Shown piece after piece: positions 1 to 8,724 of a stretch of 18,127 nucleotides of DNA; positions within the stretch are counted from its first letter, which is position 1; each line of letters begins with the position of its first letter. Both the position numbers and the translations under genes were made by a program. Below the pieces are notes generated by a model. That model made no database searches. It was not told where the DNA came from and worked only from the letters and a program-made list of their open reading frames with translations. Source of the stretch: an uncultured archaeon (lineage in GTDB: Archaea; Hadarchaeota; Hadarchaeia; Hadarchaeales; WYZ-LMO6); NCBI GenBank assembly GCA_938074535.1, contig CALJER010000023.1, positions 1 through 18,127 on the forward strand, given 5' to 3'.

Positions 1-2
1 GC

Positions 3-155
3 CCTCTGGCCAGGGCCTCCTTCGGGAAGAGCATCCCCGCTTACGCCCTCACGGAGCTGGGGGAGAGGGTGCTGAGGATGCAGGAGGAGAAGGTGGGGAG
101 GAGCGAGAGGGCGGTGAGGGTGGAGGAGCCCAGGCCCCCCTATCCTTTGAGGTAG
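3..155 (+). CDS. 3' end of a gene truncated by the window edge; possible winged-helix C-terminus
   Basis: Open frame 3 to TAG at 153-155 (PLARASFGKSIPAYALTELGERVLRMQEEK...PYPLR). YALTELGERVL resembles the wing/last helix of wHTH proteins. Ends 7 nt before the next ATG. Confidence 0.55.
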   Translation, partial: PLARASFGKSIPAYALTELGERVLRMQEEKVGRSERAVRVEEPRPPYPLR

Positions 156-162
156 AAAGAAA

Positions 163-1221
163 ATGGAAGGACTCAGATCCGTGGAGCTTTCCCTTCTTTC
201 CTTGGGAATTAGAAGCAAGGGGATTTATCGCGGGAGGAAGGGTGGAGCAGGTCCCTCAGGGGGGAGATGTATGATTTTCCCCGATGGGGTGGTTTTGAAC
301 GTTCCTTTCCGTGGGAGTTTCGTTTCACGTTCTCCTTTCGAGTTAAGGGACGGATGGGTCTGGAAGGGGAAAGAGCGGCTGGTGGAGGTTTCCCTGATCC
401 CCTTTCCGCGGTTTTACCGCAGGAAGACTTCGAACGGTATTCCCATGCATCGAGTGGCCAAGCTCCACGGGAGGGACTGCCTGGCCACCACCCTCCTCTC
501 CTCCTGCTGGAGGTGGGCGCAGGGCAAGGCCTGCAGGTTTTGTGCCATTCAGGTCTACGGGGAGAGGGACCCTCTCATAAGGAAGACCCCGGAGCAGCTG
601 GTGGAGGTGGCCCGGGCGGCGGTGGAAGAGGGAATAACCAAGCACCTCGTGATCACCACGGGAACGCTCGCCTCACCGGACCGCGGGGCCAGGGTGCTGG
701 CCGAGACGGTGAGGAAGGTCAGGGAGAAAGTGGATTTGCCCACGGAGGTGCACCTAGAACCCCCTGAAGATCCCGAGAGTCTGGAGGAGCTAAAGGAGGC
801 GGGTGTGGATACCGTGGGGATGCACCTGGAGTTCTATGACGAGAGGGTGAGGAAGGAGGTCTGTCCTGGGAAGGCGGAGCTTCCCAGGGAGGAGTACTTC
901 AGGAGATGGGAGGAGGCGGTAGAAATCTTCGGAAAGTGGCAGGTCAATTCCTTCCTGCTGGTAGGACTGGGAGAGTCGGACCAGAGCTTGCTGGAGGGAA
1001 CCAAGGATCTGTTGGGAAGGGGGGTTTTCCCCAGGCTCGTCCCCTTTAGGCCCACCCCAGGCACCCCGCTGGAGGGGGTTCCTCCTCCCGAGCCCTCCAG
1101 GCTGGAGAGGCTTCTCTCCCAGGTGGAGGAGGAATACAGGAAGAGGGGGGCCCTCTCGGCCCGCATCAAGAGCGGATGCGCGAGGTGCAGGGCTTGCGGC
1201 TTGGATGCCTTTCTCTCCTAG
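163..1221 (+). CDS. Radical SAM protein, MSMEG_0568 (Nit1C-cluster) family-like
   Basis: Atypical C-x8-C-x2-C motif (CWRWAQGKACRFC), N-terminal RKGGAGPS, RFY..T..GIP...A.LHG.D.LATT, HLVITTGT, VGMHLE, LVGLGES, VPFRP.PGTPL and a C-terminal SGCARCRAC. Confidence 0.8.
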   Translation: MEGLRSVELSLLSLGIRSKGIYRGRKGGAGPSGGRCMIFPDGVVLNVPFRGSFVSRSPFELRDGWVWKGKERLVEVSLIPFPRFYRRKTSNGIPMHRVAKLHGRDCLATTLLSSCWRWAQGKACRFCAIQVYGERDPLIRKTPEQLVEVARAAVEEGITKHLVITTGTLASPDRGARVLAETVRKVREKVDLPTEVHLEPPEDPESLEELKEAGVDTVGMHLEFYDERVRKEVCPGKAELPREEYFRRWEEAVEIFGKWQVNSFLLVGLGESDQSLLEGTKDLLGRGVFPRLVPFRPTPGTPLEGVPPPEPSRLERLLSQVEEEYRKRGALSARIKSGCARCRACGLDAFLS

Positions 1222-2021
1222 GCTGCTCCATCGAAAATCAGGCGTTCGGGATGGGTGTAGACGTTGAGGCGGGGACCCCGGACGAAGCCCACCAGGGTCA
1301 GCCCCCCAGCCTCTGCCAGGTTTATCCCAGACTCCAGCGGGGCCGAGCGGGAGGCGATCAGCGGGATCCCCGCTCTTAGACACTTGGCCACCACTTCCGC
1401 AGGCATTCTTCCCGTAAATCCCAAGAAGCTCTCGCCGAAGTCCACCCCCCTCTCGAGTCCCCATCCCAACACTTTGTCTACGGCGTTATGTCGCCCCACA
1501 TCCTCCAGGCACACCCTCATCTTTCCTCCTCGGGTGAAGAGGGCGGCGGCGTGCGTGCCACCGGTCTCGCGGAAGATCTCCGTGCTCGAGTGGAGGGTCC
1601 TGAGGCCCTCTAAGACATCGGCGACCCTGAAGCGTGCATTCCCCAGGTCCGGTGGGTTCTCTAGGAGCTCCAGGTAATAGAGTTCTGCAGGTTCTAAGGC
1701 GCCGCAGGAGGTGTTTAGTAGGGCACGAGGGGGAAAAGGAGGGGACCTCCCTTTCAACCTCACGTGGACTTCCAGCCCCTCTTCCCTCACTTCTGCCTCC
1801 TCCGGCTTGCGGAGGATCCCTTCCCCCAGCAGATGCCCCAGGGCCAGCTCTTTCAGGTGGGTGGGTGTGGCCACGAGGGTGAGAAAGGGTTCTCCGTTGA
1901 GAAAGAGGCGAACGAGTCGGTCCACCGCCACAGAGTCCATACTCTCCTCGGTTCTCGGCAGGTTTATCCTGAGGACTCTTTTCTTGGTGATCGGCCCGGG
2001 TTTGCTCTTGGTGTCAGTCGT
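1218..2021 (-). CDS. fdhD: Formate dehydrogenase accessory sulfurtransferase FdhD (first ATG at 1940; probable true start ACG at 2021)
   Basis: [53 protein letters not shown]...E.V.K, SAP...G..LA...GLTLVGF.R. Confidence 0.93.
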   Translation of the reverse strand, partial: TTDTKSKPGPITKKRVLRINLPRTEESMDSVAVDRLVRLFLNGEPFLTLVATPTHLKELALGHLLGEGILRKPEEAEVREEGLEVHVRLKGRSPPFPPRALLNTSCGALEPAELYYLELLENPPDLGNARFRVADVLEGLRTLHSSTEIFRETGGTHAAALFTRGGKMRVCLEDVGRHNAVDKVLGWGLERGVDFGESFLGFTGRMPAEVVAKCLRAGIPLIASRSAPLESGINLAEAGGLTLVGFVRGPRLNVYTHPERLIFDGAA

Positions 2022-2943
2022 GGGTGACCCTCCCCGAGATCTCCAGCATTCGTTCTATGGTCTTCCTCGCCCTGGCTGCGATTTCTTCCGGCACCCTCAC
2101 CACGTGTTTTTCGTCCCTGAGGGAAAGGTAGACCTTCTCCAGTGTGTGTTTCTTCATCTGCACGCAGATGGCGGACTCAAGGGCTGGTATAAACTCCTTC
2201 CCCGGGTTCTCTCTGCGAAGCCTTTCGAGCATGCCTACCTCCGTGGCGATGATGAATCTCTTCGCGGGGGAGGCTTTGGCTCTCCTCAGCATCTGGCTCG
2301 TGCTGCAGAGGTGGGTGGCCAGCTGCTGGACCTCAGGGTCGCACTCGGGGTGCACCAGCACTTCCGCGTCCGGATAGCGCTCCTTCAGCAGGGCCACGTC
2401 TGCGGCGGAGAACATCCTGTGCACGTAGCAGTGACCGTTCTCCGGGAGGGGAAGGACCCTCTTGGAGGTGCGCTGCTGCACAAACCAGGCCAGGTTGCGG
2501 TCTGGTCCGAAGATCACGGTATCCTCTTCTAGGGCGTTCACGATCTGAGGGGCGTTGGCGGAGGTACAGGCTACGTCGGACTCGGCCTTGGCCTCGGCAA
2601 GGGTATTGACGTAAAGCACCACAGCTGCTTTGGGATGTCTCTTCCTCGCCTCTTTTATGAGCTGGGGAGGAAGCTGAGCCGCCATGGGGCACCTAGCCTC
2701 GGGATCCGGTATCACCACCTTCTTTTCCGGATTGAGCATGGCGGCAGTCTCCGCCATGAAGTCCACCCCAGCGAATACCACCAGCTTCGCCTTCACCCCA
2801 GCTGAAACCCTGGCGAGCTCGAGGGAATCACCCACGAAGTCCGCCACCTTCTGTACCTCCGGCCTCTGGTAGTTGTGGGCCAGGATCACGGCTTCCTTCT
2901 CTCTTTTCAGCCTTTCGATCTCCACCCTCAGTTTCTGATCCAC
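2014..2943 (-). CDS. nadA: Quinolinate synthase NadA
   Basis: [62 protein letters not shown]. Likely start is GTG at 2943; the track's upstream extension to 3288 is antisense to the next gene. Confidence 0.96.
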   Translation of the reverse strand: MDQKLRVEIERLKREKEAVILAHNYQRPEVQKVADFVGDSLELARVSAGVKAKLVVFAGVDFMAETAAMLNPEKKVVIPDPEARCPMAAQLPPQLIKEARKRHPKAAVVLYVNTLAEAKAESDVACTSANAPQIVNALEEDTVIFGPDRNLAWFVQQRTSKRVLPLPENGHCYVHRMFSAADVALLKERYPDAEVLVHPECDPEVQQLATHLCSTSQMLRRAKASPAKRFIIATEVGMLERLRRENPGKEFIPALESAICVQMKKHTLEKVYLSLRDEKHVVRVPEEIAARARKTIERMLEISGRVTHD

Positions 2944-2963
2944 AATCCCCTTTTTCTCCCCCT

Positions 2964-2979
2964 CCTTTAAGGTTTTTAG
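2964..2979 (-). promoter_or_regulatory. Candidate BRE/TATA promoter for nadA-fdhD
   Basis: Minus strand CTAAAAACCTTAAAGG, about 25 nt upstream of the nadA GTG, in an AT-rich divergent intergenic region. Confidence 0.45.
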
Positions 2980-3040
2980 TCGAGTTCGAATAACACTGTT
3001 TTTGGCTTCGTTTTCTTTATAACTCTTAGTTATTTTTTGT

Positions 3041-3055
3041 AGAAAAGTATAAATA
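3041..3055 (+). promoter_or_regulatory. BRE/TATA promoter for the homocysteine-biosynthesis operon
   Basis: AGAAAAG-TATAAATA about 30 nt upstream of the TTG start; SD-like GGTGA at 3077-3081. Confidence 0.6.
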
Positions 3056-3085
3056 CTAGTTCTGCAGAAGTGCGTTGGTGATCTG

Positions 3086-4585
3086 TTGAAAACCGTCGCG
3101 GAGATAAACGAGAAAATCCGCCGGGGAGAGGCCGTGGTCGTAACGGCCGAAGAGATGGTGGAAATAGTGAAGGAGAAGGGAGCCGCCGCGGCCGCCAGGG
3201 AGGTGGATGTGGTGACCACGGGCACCTTCGGGGCGATGTGCAGCTCCGGTGCCTTCCTCAACTTCGGGCACGCCGATCCGCCCATCAAGCTGGGGGGTGG
3301 AGAGATCTACCTGAACGATGTCCCCGCCTACGCCGGGCTCGCGGCCGTGGACACCTACATAGGTTCTACCTCCATCTCCAGAACCAGGGGGATGGAGTAT
3401 GGGGGGGGACATGTCATAGAGGATCTAGTTCGAGGGAAGGAAGTGGAGCTGAGGGGGAGAGGTTACGGCACCGACTGCTACCCCAGGAAGGAAATAGAGA
3501 CCACCATCACCATCCACGACCTCAACCAGGCCATCCTGTACTGCCCGCGCACCGCCTACCAGAGGTACAACGCGGCCACGAACTCGCGCGACGAGACGCT
3601 CTACACCTACATGGGCACGCTCCTTCCGGAGTACGGCAATGTCACCTTCTCCGGCGCGGGCGTGCTGGGGCCCCTGGGGAGGGACCCAGGCTACCGGACC
3701 ATCGGGGTGGGCACGCGGATCTTCCTGGGCGGGGCTCAGGGCTACATAGCCTGGGAGGGCACCCAGCACTACCCGGGAAAGGGTCTGGGCACCATAGCCG
3801 TGGTGGGGGACCTGAAGCGCATGGATGCCAGGTACCTCAGGGGATGCACCATCCACAGGTACGGAACCTCCCTCTACGTGGGGCTGGGGATACCCATCCC
3901 CATCCTTGACGAGGAGGTGGCCAGGACCGCCGGTACGGACGAGACCCAGCTCAGGACCAACTTGCTGGACTACGGGGTGCCGAGGAGGGAGAGACCCGTC
4001 GTGAGGGAGGTCACCTATGCCGAACTCAGGTCCGGCAGAATAGTGGTGGGGAAGAAGGAGGTGCCCGTCAGCCCCCTGAGCAGCTTCAGGATGGCGAGGG
4101 AGATCGCCTGGACCCTCAAGCGCTGGATAGAGAAGGGGGAGTTCCTGCTCTCCGAGCCGGTGGAGAGGCTGCCCGCGGACAGGGTCTTCAGGCCCATGAA
4201 ACAGGTGGCCCCCGTGCCCCTGGTTCGGGAGGTGATGACCAGACAGGTGGTGACGGTGGGGCCGGAGTGCTCCATCGCCGAAGCCGCCAGGATCCTGGCC
4301 GAGAAAGGCTTCGATCACCTGCCGGTCGTGGACGAGCACCGCAGGCTCGTGGGCATCATCACCTCCTGGGACATCGCCACCTCGGTGGGCACGGGGAAGA
4401 CCAGGGTATCGGAGATCATGACGCGGAAGGTGGTCACGGCCAGGGAGGACGAGCCCGTGGACTCAGTGGCGAGGTCCCTGGAGCTCCACAGCATCTCCGG
4501 GGTGCCCGTGCTGAACGAGCGCGGGGAGGTCACGGGAGTCCTCACGAGCGACGACCTCTCGAAGCTGGTGGGGAGGAGGAGGTAA
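3086..4585 (+). CDS. L-aspartate-semialdehyde sulfurtransferase / homocysteine biosynthesis protein (DUF39 + CBS pair; MA1821/MJ0100 family)
   Basis: [78 protein letters not shown], plus a C-terminal CBS pair ([12 protein letters not shown]..., HLPVVD, SGVPVL). Confidence 0.93.
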   Translation: MKTVAEINEKIRRGEAVVVTAEEMVEIVKEKGAAAAAREVDVVTTGTFGAMCSSGAFLNFGHADPPIKLGGGEIYLNDVPAYAGLAAVDTYIGSTSISRTRGMEYGGGHVIEDLVRGKEVELRGRGYGTDCYPRKEIETTITIHDLNQAILYCPRTAYQRYNAATNSRDETLYTYMGTLLPEYGNVTFSGAGVLGPLGRDPGYRTIGVGTRIFLGGAQGYIAWEGTQHYPGKGLGTIAVVGDLKRMDARYLRGCTIHRYGTSLYVGLGIPIPILDEEVARTAGTDETQLRTNLLDYGVPRRERPVVREVTYAELRSGRIVVGKKEVPVSPLSSFRMAREIAWTLKRWIEKGEFLLSEPVERLPADRVFRPMKQVAPVPLVREVMTRQVVTVGPECSIAEAARILAEKGFDHLPVVDEHRRLVGIITSWDIATSVGTGKTRVSEIMTRKVVTAREDEPVDSVARSLELHSISGVPVLNERGEVTGVLTSDDLSKLVGRRR

Positions 4586-4984
4586 GTGAGGAGGAAAGTC
4601 CTGTTGAGGTGTTCCCGCGAAAGGGGCGGACCCCTGCTGGCGGAGCTCGTGAAGGAGACGGGCCTGCTTCCCCACCTCCTGCGGGCTGACCTCACCGCCA
4701 GGGGCAGCGAGCTCCTGATCAGCCTGGAAGAGGAGGAGGTGGAAACTTTGAGAACGAGTTCCTTCCTGAAGGAGAAGGGGGTGGAACTGAGGGAGATAAA
4801 GCGCACCCTTCAGCTGGACAGGGAGAGCTGCACGGACTGCGGGGCGTGCATCTCCCTCTGCCCCACCGGTGCCCTCCGTCTGGGGGAGGACTACTCCCTG
4901 CAGCTGGAGGAGGAGAGATGTGTGTTCTGCGGTCTCTGCGTTCCGGCATGCCCCGTTAGGGCCCTGAAAATGGGCGAGTTCTGA
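4586..4984 (+). CDS. NIL domain + 2x[4Fe-4S] ferredoxin (MA1822/MJ0099-type partner subunit)
   Basis: CTDCGACISLCP and CVFCGLCVPACP motifs after a NIL-like N-terminus; abuts the DUF39-CBS gene. Confidence 0.88.
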   Translation: MRRKVLLRCSRERGGPLLAELVKETGLLPHLLRADLTARGSELLISLEEEEVETLRTSSFLKEKGVELREIKRTLQLDRESCTDCGACISLCPTGALRLGEDYSLQLEEERCVFCGLCVPACPVRALKMGEF

Positions 4985-5016
4985 GGGTTTTTATCCGCCG
5001 AAGGGGAGGAAGGAGG

Positions 5017-5748
5017 ATGAAGGTTCTGGCCTTCAACGGGAGCCCGAGGGGAGAAAACGGGAACACCGACCTCCTCCTGAAGCCCTTCCTGGAGGGGATG
5101 AGGGAAGAGGGGGCGGAGGTGGAGCTCTTCTACCTGAACAGGCTGAGGATCAAACCCTGCAACGGGGAGTTCGCCTGCTGGACGAAGACCCCGGGGAAGT
5201 GCGTGCAGGAGGATGACATGACCCCCCTCTACCCCAAGCTGGCCCAGGCCGACGTCTGGGTGTTCGCCTTCCCCCTGTACGTGGACGGCATGCCGGGACC
5301 CCTCAAGACCATGATAGACCGCTTCCTCCCCCTCGTGAAGCCCTTCTTCGAGCTGAGGGAGGGGCACTGCAGGCACCCGCTGAGGGAGGGGGTGAAGGGT
5401 GGGAAGGTGGTGCTGGTGTCCACCTGCGGCTTCTGGGAGAGGGACAACTTCATCCCGGTGGTGGAGCACGCGAAGGCGATGTGCAGGAACGCGGGAAGGG
5501 AGTTTGCGGGGGCCCTATTGCGTCCCCACGGGGGAGGGCTCAGGCTCCTCCTCAGGCTCGGCCTTCCGCTGGACGACCTCTTCGAGGCCTGCAGGGAGGC
5601 CGGAAGGAGACTGGTGAGGGAGGGGAGGATACCGGAGGAGCTGCAGAAGAAGGTGGAGGGGGAGCTGATGCCCCTGGACCAGTACGTGGAGGCCGCGAAC
5701 GCCACCTTCCAGGCCGCCCTGGAGGAGGGGAAGGTTCCAGACCTCTGA
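5017..5748 (+). CDS. Iron-sulfur flavoprotein (Isf) / NADPH-dependent FMN reductase family
   Basis: MKVLAFNGSPR..GNT..L, PCNGEFACWTKTPGKCVQEDDM, AD..VFA.PLY, LKTMIDR; SD GGAGG upstream. Confidence 0.87.
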   Translation: MKVLAFNGSPRGENGNTDLLLKPFLEGMREEGAEVELFYLNRLRIKPCNGEFACWTKTPGKCVQEDDMTPLYPKLAQADVWVFAFPLYVDGMPGPLKTMIDRFLPLVKPFFELREGHCRHPLREGVKGGKVVLVSTCGFWERDNFIPVVEHAKAMCRNAGREFAGALLRPHGGGLRLLLRLGLPLDDLFEACREAGRRLVREGRIPEELQKKVEGELMPLDQYVEAANATFQAALEEGKVPDL

Positions 5749-5780
5749 CCGGGGAAAAGGCACGGTTCAGGGAGACCGGG

Positions 5781-5871
5781 TGGTGGGGTCGCCGGGATTT
5801 GAACCCAGGTCACCGGCTTTTCCGCCGGAGTCCCGAAGCCGGCAGGATAGACCAGGCTACCCCACGACCCC
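5781..5871 (-). tRNA. tRNA-Pro(CGG) with a 13-nt intron at 37/38 (5819-5831) and encoded CCA
   Basis: Reverse complement GGGGTCG-TG-GGGTAGCCTGGTCTATCCT-G-CCGGC-TTCGGG-[ACTCCGGCGGAAA]-A-GCCGG-TGAC-CTGGG-TTCAAAT-CCCGG-CGACCCC-A-CCA folds to a full cloverleaf. Confidence 0.95.
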
Positions 5872-6111
5872 TTAAAAGATACTCCTCCTTTCTTTAACTC
5901 TACCGCTGGTCTTTTACGAGCTTCCCGTTTTTGCCCGAGGAACCGGCCTAACCGGTGTTTATCCCTCTCCAGAACCGTCACCCTGGTTCTGCAGGTGGAG
6001 GGTCCTTCCAGTTGTGGAGCGTCCCGATGATCCGCCGAGCCACGATCTCGGGGCCCTTCCGCGGTCGGCGACTTCCAGCGGAGCAAAATTTAAGGAGGGA
6101 AGAGAAAAGGG

Positions 6112-6855
6112 ATGATGCCCGAGCTTCCGGAAGCGGAGGTGGTGGAAACCAAAAAGGTGGAGCCGAACCGCCCCCTCCTGGTGCTGGGCTTCATAGGTCC
6201 GGGGCTGGTGGGCTCCATAGCGGTCTCCCACCTGGTGCGGGAGCTGAAGATGGAGGAGATCGCCCACCTGCGCTCCAGGTACCTCCCCCCCGTGGCCGTT
6301 TTCCTGGAGGGAAGGCTCCACCATCCCTTCAGGATCTACGCCACCCCGGACGGGAAGCTCCTCGCCTCCTTCACCGAGGTGCCCATCCCCCCCGAGGGCC
6401 TCTACCCCATCGCCTCGAGCCTGCTGGAGTGGGCGGAGGGGAAGGGGGTGGAGGAGGTGGTGGTGCTGGAGGGTTTGCCCGTGGAGGGCCTCCCGATGGA
6501 GAGGCCCAAACTCTGCGTGGCGGAGGAGGAGCGGTGCAGGCTCCTGGAGGGGAAGGGCGTGAAGATGGCCTCGCAGGGGGTGATCACGGGGATAGCCGGG
6601 GCCATCCTGAACGAGTGCCTCAACCGCAGGCTCGTGGGCACCGCCTTCCTCACCCCAGCCGTTCTCTTCCTGCCCGACGCCGAGGGGGCGGCCGTGCTGC
6701 TGGAGGCCCTCAACGATTCCTTCGGGCTGAAGGTGGATGTATCCTCCCTCAGGGAGCAGGGGAAGGAAATGGAGAAGAAGCTGGAGGAAATGGCGAACGC
6801 CTACAGGGCCATGAGGGCCAGGGAGAGGACGGGACCGGAGAGCATCTACGGTTGA
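6112..6855 (+). CDS. Proteasome assembly chaperone family protein (PAC2 / PbaA-PbaB-like)
   Basis: GF.GPGLVGSIA..HL, PPVAVF..G....PFRIY, G.ITGI.G..L, PD..GAA..LE, VD...L; C-terminal HbYX motif (IYG). Confidence 0.9.
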   Translation: MMPELPEAEVVETKKVEPNRPLLVLGFIGPGLVGSIAVSHLVRELKMEEIAHLRSRYLPPVAVFLEGRLHHPFRIYATPDGKLLASFTEVPIPPEGLYPIASSLLEWAEGKGVEEVVVLEGLPVEGLPMERPKLCVAEEERCRLLEGKGVKMASQGVITGIAGAILNECLNRRLVGTAFLTPAVLFLPDAEGAAVLLEALNDSFGLKVDVSSLREQGKEMEKKLEEMANAYRAMRARERTGPESIYG

Positions 6856-6901
6856 GCTCCAAAATCATAAAAAAGCGGGGGAGGAAAGAGTAGGGATTCC
6901 C

Positions 6902-7252
6902 GTGGAGCTGAGGGTGCTGGAGAGGAGGGAAAATCCGCTGATGGAGCGCGAGGAGGTGAGGTTCGAGGTCCTCCATGCGGGAGAGCCCACCCCCTCCCGC
7001 GAGGCGCTCAGGCCGCAGCTTGCCTCCCAGCTGGGGGCGGACGGGGGGATGCTGGTGATCTGGAGGCTCAGGACCCATCAGGGCTCCTCCCGCACCAGGG
7101 GGCTGGCGCACCTCTACCGCTCCGAGGAGGCTTTGAGGAGGTTCGCCCCCAAGCACCTGCTCCGGAGGGGGGTGAAGAAGGAAGAGGGGGCCAAGGAGAA
7201 GAAGGAGGTCAAGGAAGAGAAGGGAGGAGGCGAGAAGGGTGGCGAAGGGTGA
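6902..7252 (+). CDS. rps24e: 30S ribosomal protein S24e
   Basis: [19 protein letters not shown]..., G.A.LY.S; upstream of S27ae as is usual in archaea. Confidence 0.92.
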   Translation: MELRVLERRENPLMEREEVRFEVLHAGEPTPSREALRPQLASQLGADGGMLVIWRLRTHQGSSRTRGLAHLYRSEEALRRFAPKHLLRRGVKKEEGAKEKKEVKEEKGGGEKGGEG

Positions 7253-7406
7253 GCAGGCCAAGACCAAGTTCTACGCCGCGGAGGGAGGGAAGCTCAAGAC
7301 CCTGAGGAGGTCCTGCCCCAGGTGCGGGCCGGGGGTCTTCATGGCGGAGCACGGGGACAGGTGGTCCTGCGGAAGGTGCGGCTACACGGAGTTCAAGAAG
7401 GGGTGA
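7239..7406 (+). CDS. rps27ae: 30S ribosomal protein S27ae (not in the ORF track)
   Basis: GTG start; [55 protein letters not shown] with a CPRCG...CGRCGYTE zinc ribbon. Confidence 0.95.
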   Translation: MAKGEQAKTKFYAAEGGKLKTLRRSCPRCGPGVFMAEHGDRWSCGRCGYTEFKKG

Positions 7407-7497
7407 GCCCTGGAAAAAGTCCCGGGGTGAAAGGGCCGGTCTTATCTTGCGAGGGATTCCCCGGCAGGCCTGTTCCCTAGGATGGGTCTCCGGGAAG

Positions 7498-8043
7498 CTA
7501 CGGCTTCGCCACCATCACCTCGGTGGCCTTGATCACCGCCTCCACCCTGTCCCCCTTCTTCAGCCCCAGCGTCTCCGCGGCCTCCCTGGTGATGAGGGCG
7601 GTCACGGTGGAGGGACCCACGGCGATTCTCACCTTGGCCCCCACCTCCCCCAGCTCCACGCTCTCTATCACGCCCCTCAGCCTGTTCCTGGCGGAGAGCC
7701 TGGTGGAGAGGGCCTCCCAGAAGGTCTCCTCCCTCACCGCTTCCCTCAGGGCCCCCTCCAGAATTCCGTACCACCTCACCAGCCTCCTCCCCTCCTCCGT
7801 CAGCAGGCTCTTTCCCCCCTCCCTTCCCCCCCTCCTCCTCAGGAGGAGCTCAGCACCCAGCTCCTTCTCCAGCTCCCTCACCATCCCCCAGGCGTGCCTG
7901 TAGGACATGCCCAGCTTCCTCGCCGCCCTGCTCAGGGAGCCCTCTTTCTCTATGGCCAGCAGCAGCTCCACCTTCCCCTTCCCCCCCACCACCCTTCCCC
8001 CCTTCCGCAGCCAGAGCCTCACCTCCGGGCCGAGCTCCTTCAT
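7498..8043 (-). CDS. modE: ModE-family molybdate/tungstate-responsive regulator (wHTH + TOBE)
   Basis: LL.AI...GSLS.AA..LGMSY..AW, RRGG..GG.S.LT..G; TOBE/Mop domain SARNRL.G....., A.IT..A...LGL..G..V.A.IKATEV. Confidence 0.88.
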   Translation of the reverse strand: MKELGPEVRLWLRKGGRVVGGKGKVELLLAIEKEGSLSRAARKLGMSYRHAWGMVRELEKELGAELLLRRRGGREGGKSLLTEEGRRLVRWYGILEGALREAVREETFWEALSTRLSARNRLRGVIESVELGEVGAKVRIAVGPSTVTALITREAAETLGLKKGDRVEAVIKATEVMVAKP

Positions 8044-8047
8044 CCCC

Positions 8048-8722
8048 TCACCACTCCCCCCTCACGAACTTCCTGATCCTGCCCTTCGGTCGCTCCACGA
8101 TTTCTCGCGGTGTGCCTTGGGCCAGGACTTTGCCCTCGAAAAGGCAGACCACCCTGTCCGAGAGCCTGGCCGCCTGAAAGGGATGGCTGGTGGCCAGCAC
8201 CACCGTGCACTCCTCCCTCACCTCCTCGATCACCCCCTCTATCAGCCTGGTGCTGCGGGGATCCAGGTTGGAGGTGGGTTCGTCCAGCAGCAGGAGCTCG
8301 GGCCTGAGGGCCAGGGCGCGGGCCAGGGAGACCCTCTGTTTCTCCCCGCCGGAGAGCTCCCCGGCCCTCCTCTCCTCGCATCCCCTCATCCCCACCAGGG
8401 AGAGGGCCCTTCTCACCTCCTTCCTCACTTCCCCCTCCGGTCTTCCCCTGAGCCTCAGGCCGTAGGCCAGGTTGCGGTACACGGTGGTGTTGAAGAAGGC
8501 GGGCTGCTGGAAGACCATGGTCACCTTCCCCCGCTCCACCCCGCAGATCACCTCCCCCCCATCGGGGGGATCCAGGAGGGCCATCACCCTCAGCAGGGTG
8601 GTCTTTCCGGAGCCGTTGGGCCCTATGATGGAGAGGGTCTCCCCCCTCCTCACCCTCAGGCTCACCCCCCTCAGGGCCTCCACGCCGCCGTATCTCCTGA
8701 CCACCCTCCTCAGCTCCAGCAT
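8048..8722 (-). CDS. tupC: Tungstate ABC transporter ATP-binding subunit
   Basis: ATG at 8722; Walker A GPNGSGKT, VFQQP, signature LSGGE, Walker B LLLDEPT; downstream of tupAB. Confidence 0.88.
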   Translation of the reverse strand: MLELRRVVRRYGGVEALRGVSLRVRRGETLSIIGPNGSGKTTLLRVMALLDPPDGGEVICGVERGKVTMVFQQPAFFNTTVYRNLAYGLRLRGRPEGEVRKEVRRALSLVGMRGCEERRAGELSGGEKQRVSLARALALRPELLLLDEPTSNLDPRSTRLIEGVIEEVREECTVVLATSHPFQAARLSDRVVCLFEGKVLAQGTPREIVERPKGRIRKFVRGEW

Positions 8723-8724
8723 CC

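Noticed and set aside
2975-3033. Possible NrtR-like site (TTTAGTCGAGTTCGAATAA) and the ATAACT-CTT-AGTTAT palindrome upstream of nadA
   Set aside because: Weak or short symmetry in AT-rich DNA, and no cognate regulator in the window.
5749-5800. tRNA-Pro 3' end as an integration site
   Set aside because: I found no duplicate of the tRNA 3' end and no integrase in the window; the flanking genes look housekeeping.
6072-6100. ORB-like TTCCAGCGGAGCAAAA
   Set aside because: Single degenerate copy, 4 kb from cdc6, adjacent to the likely PAC2 TATA box (AAAATTTAAG).
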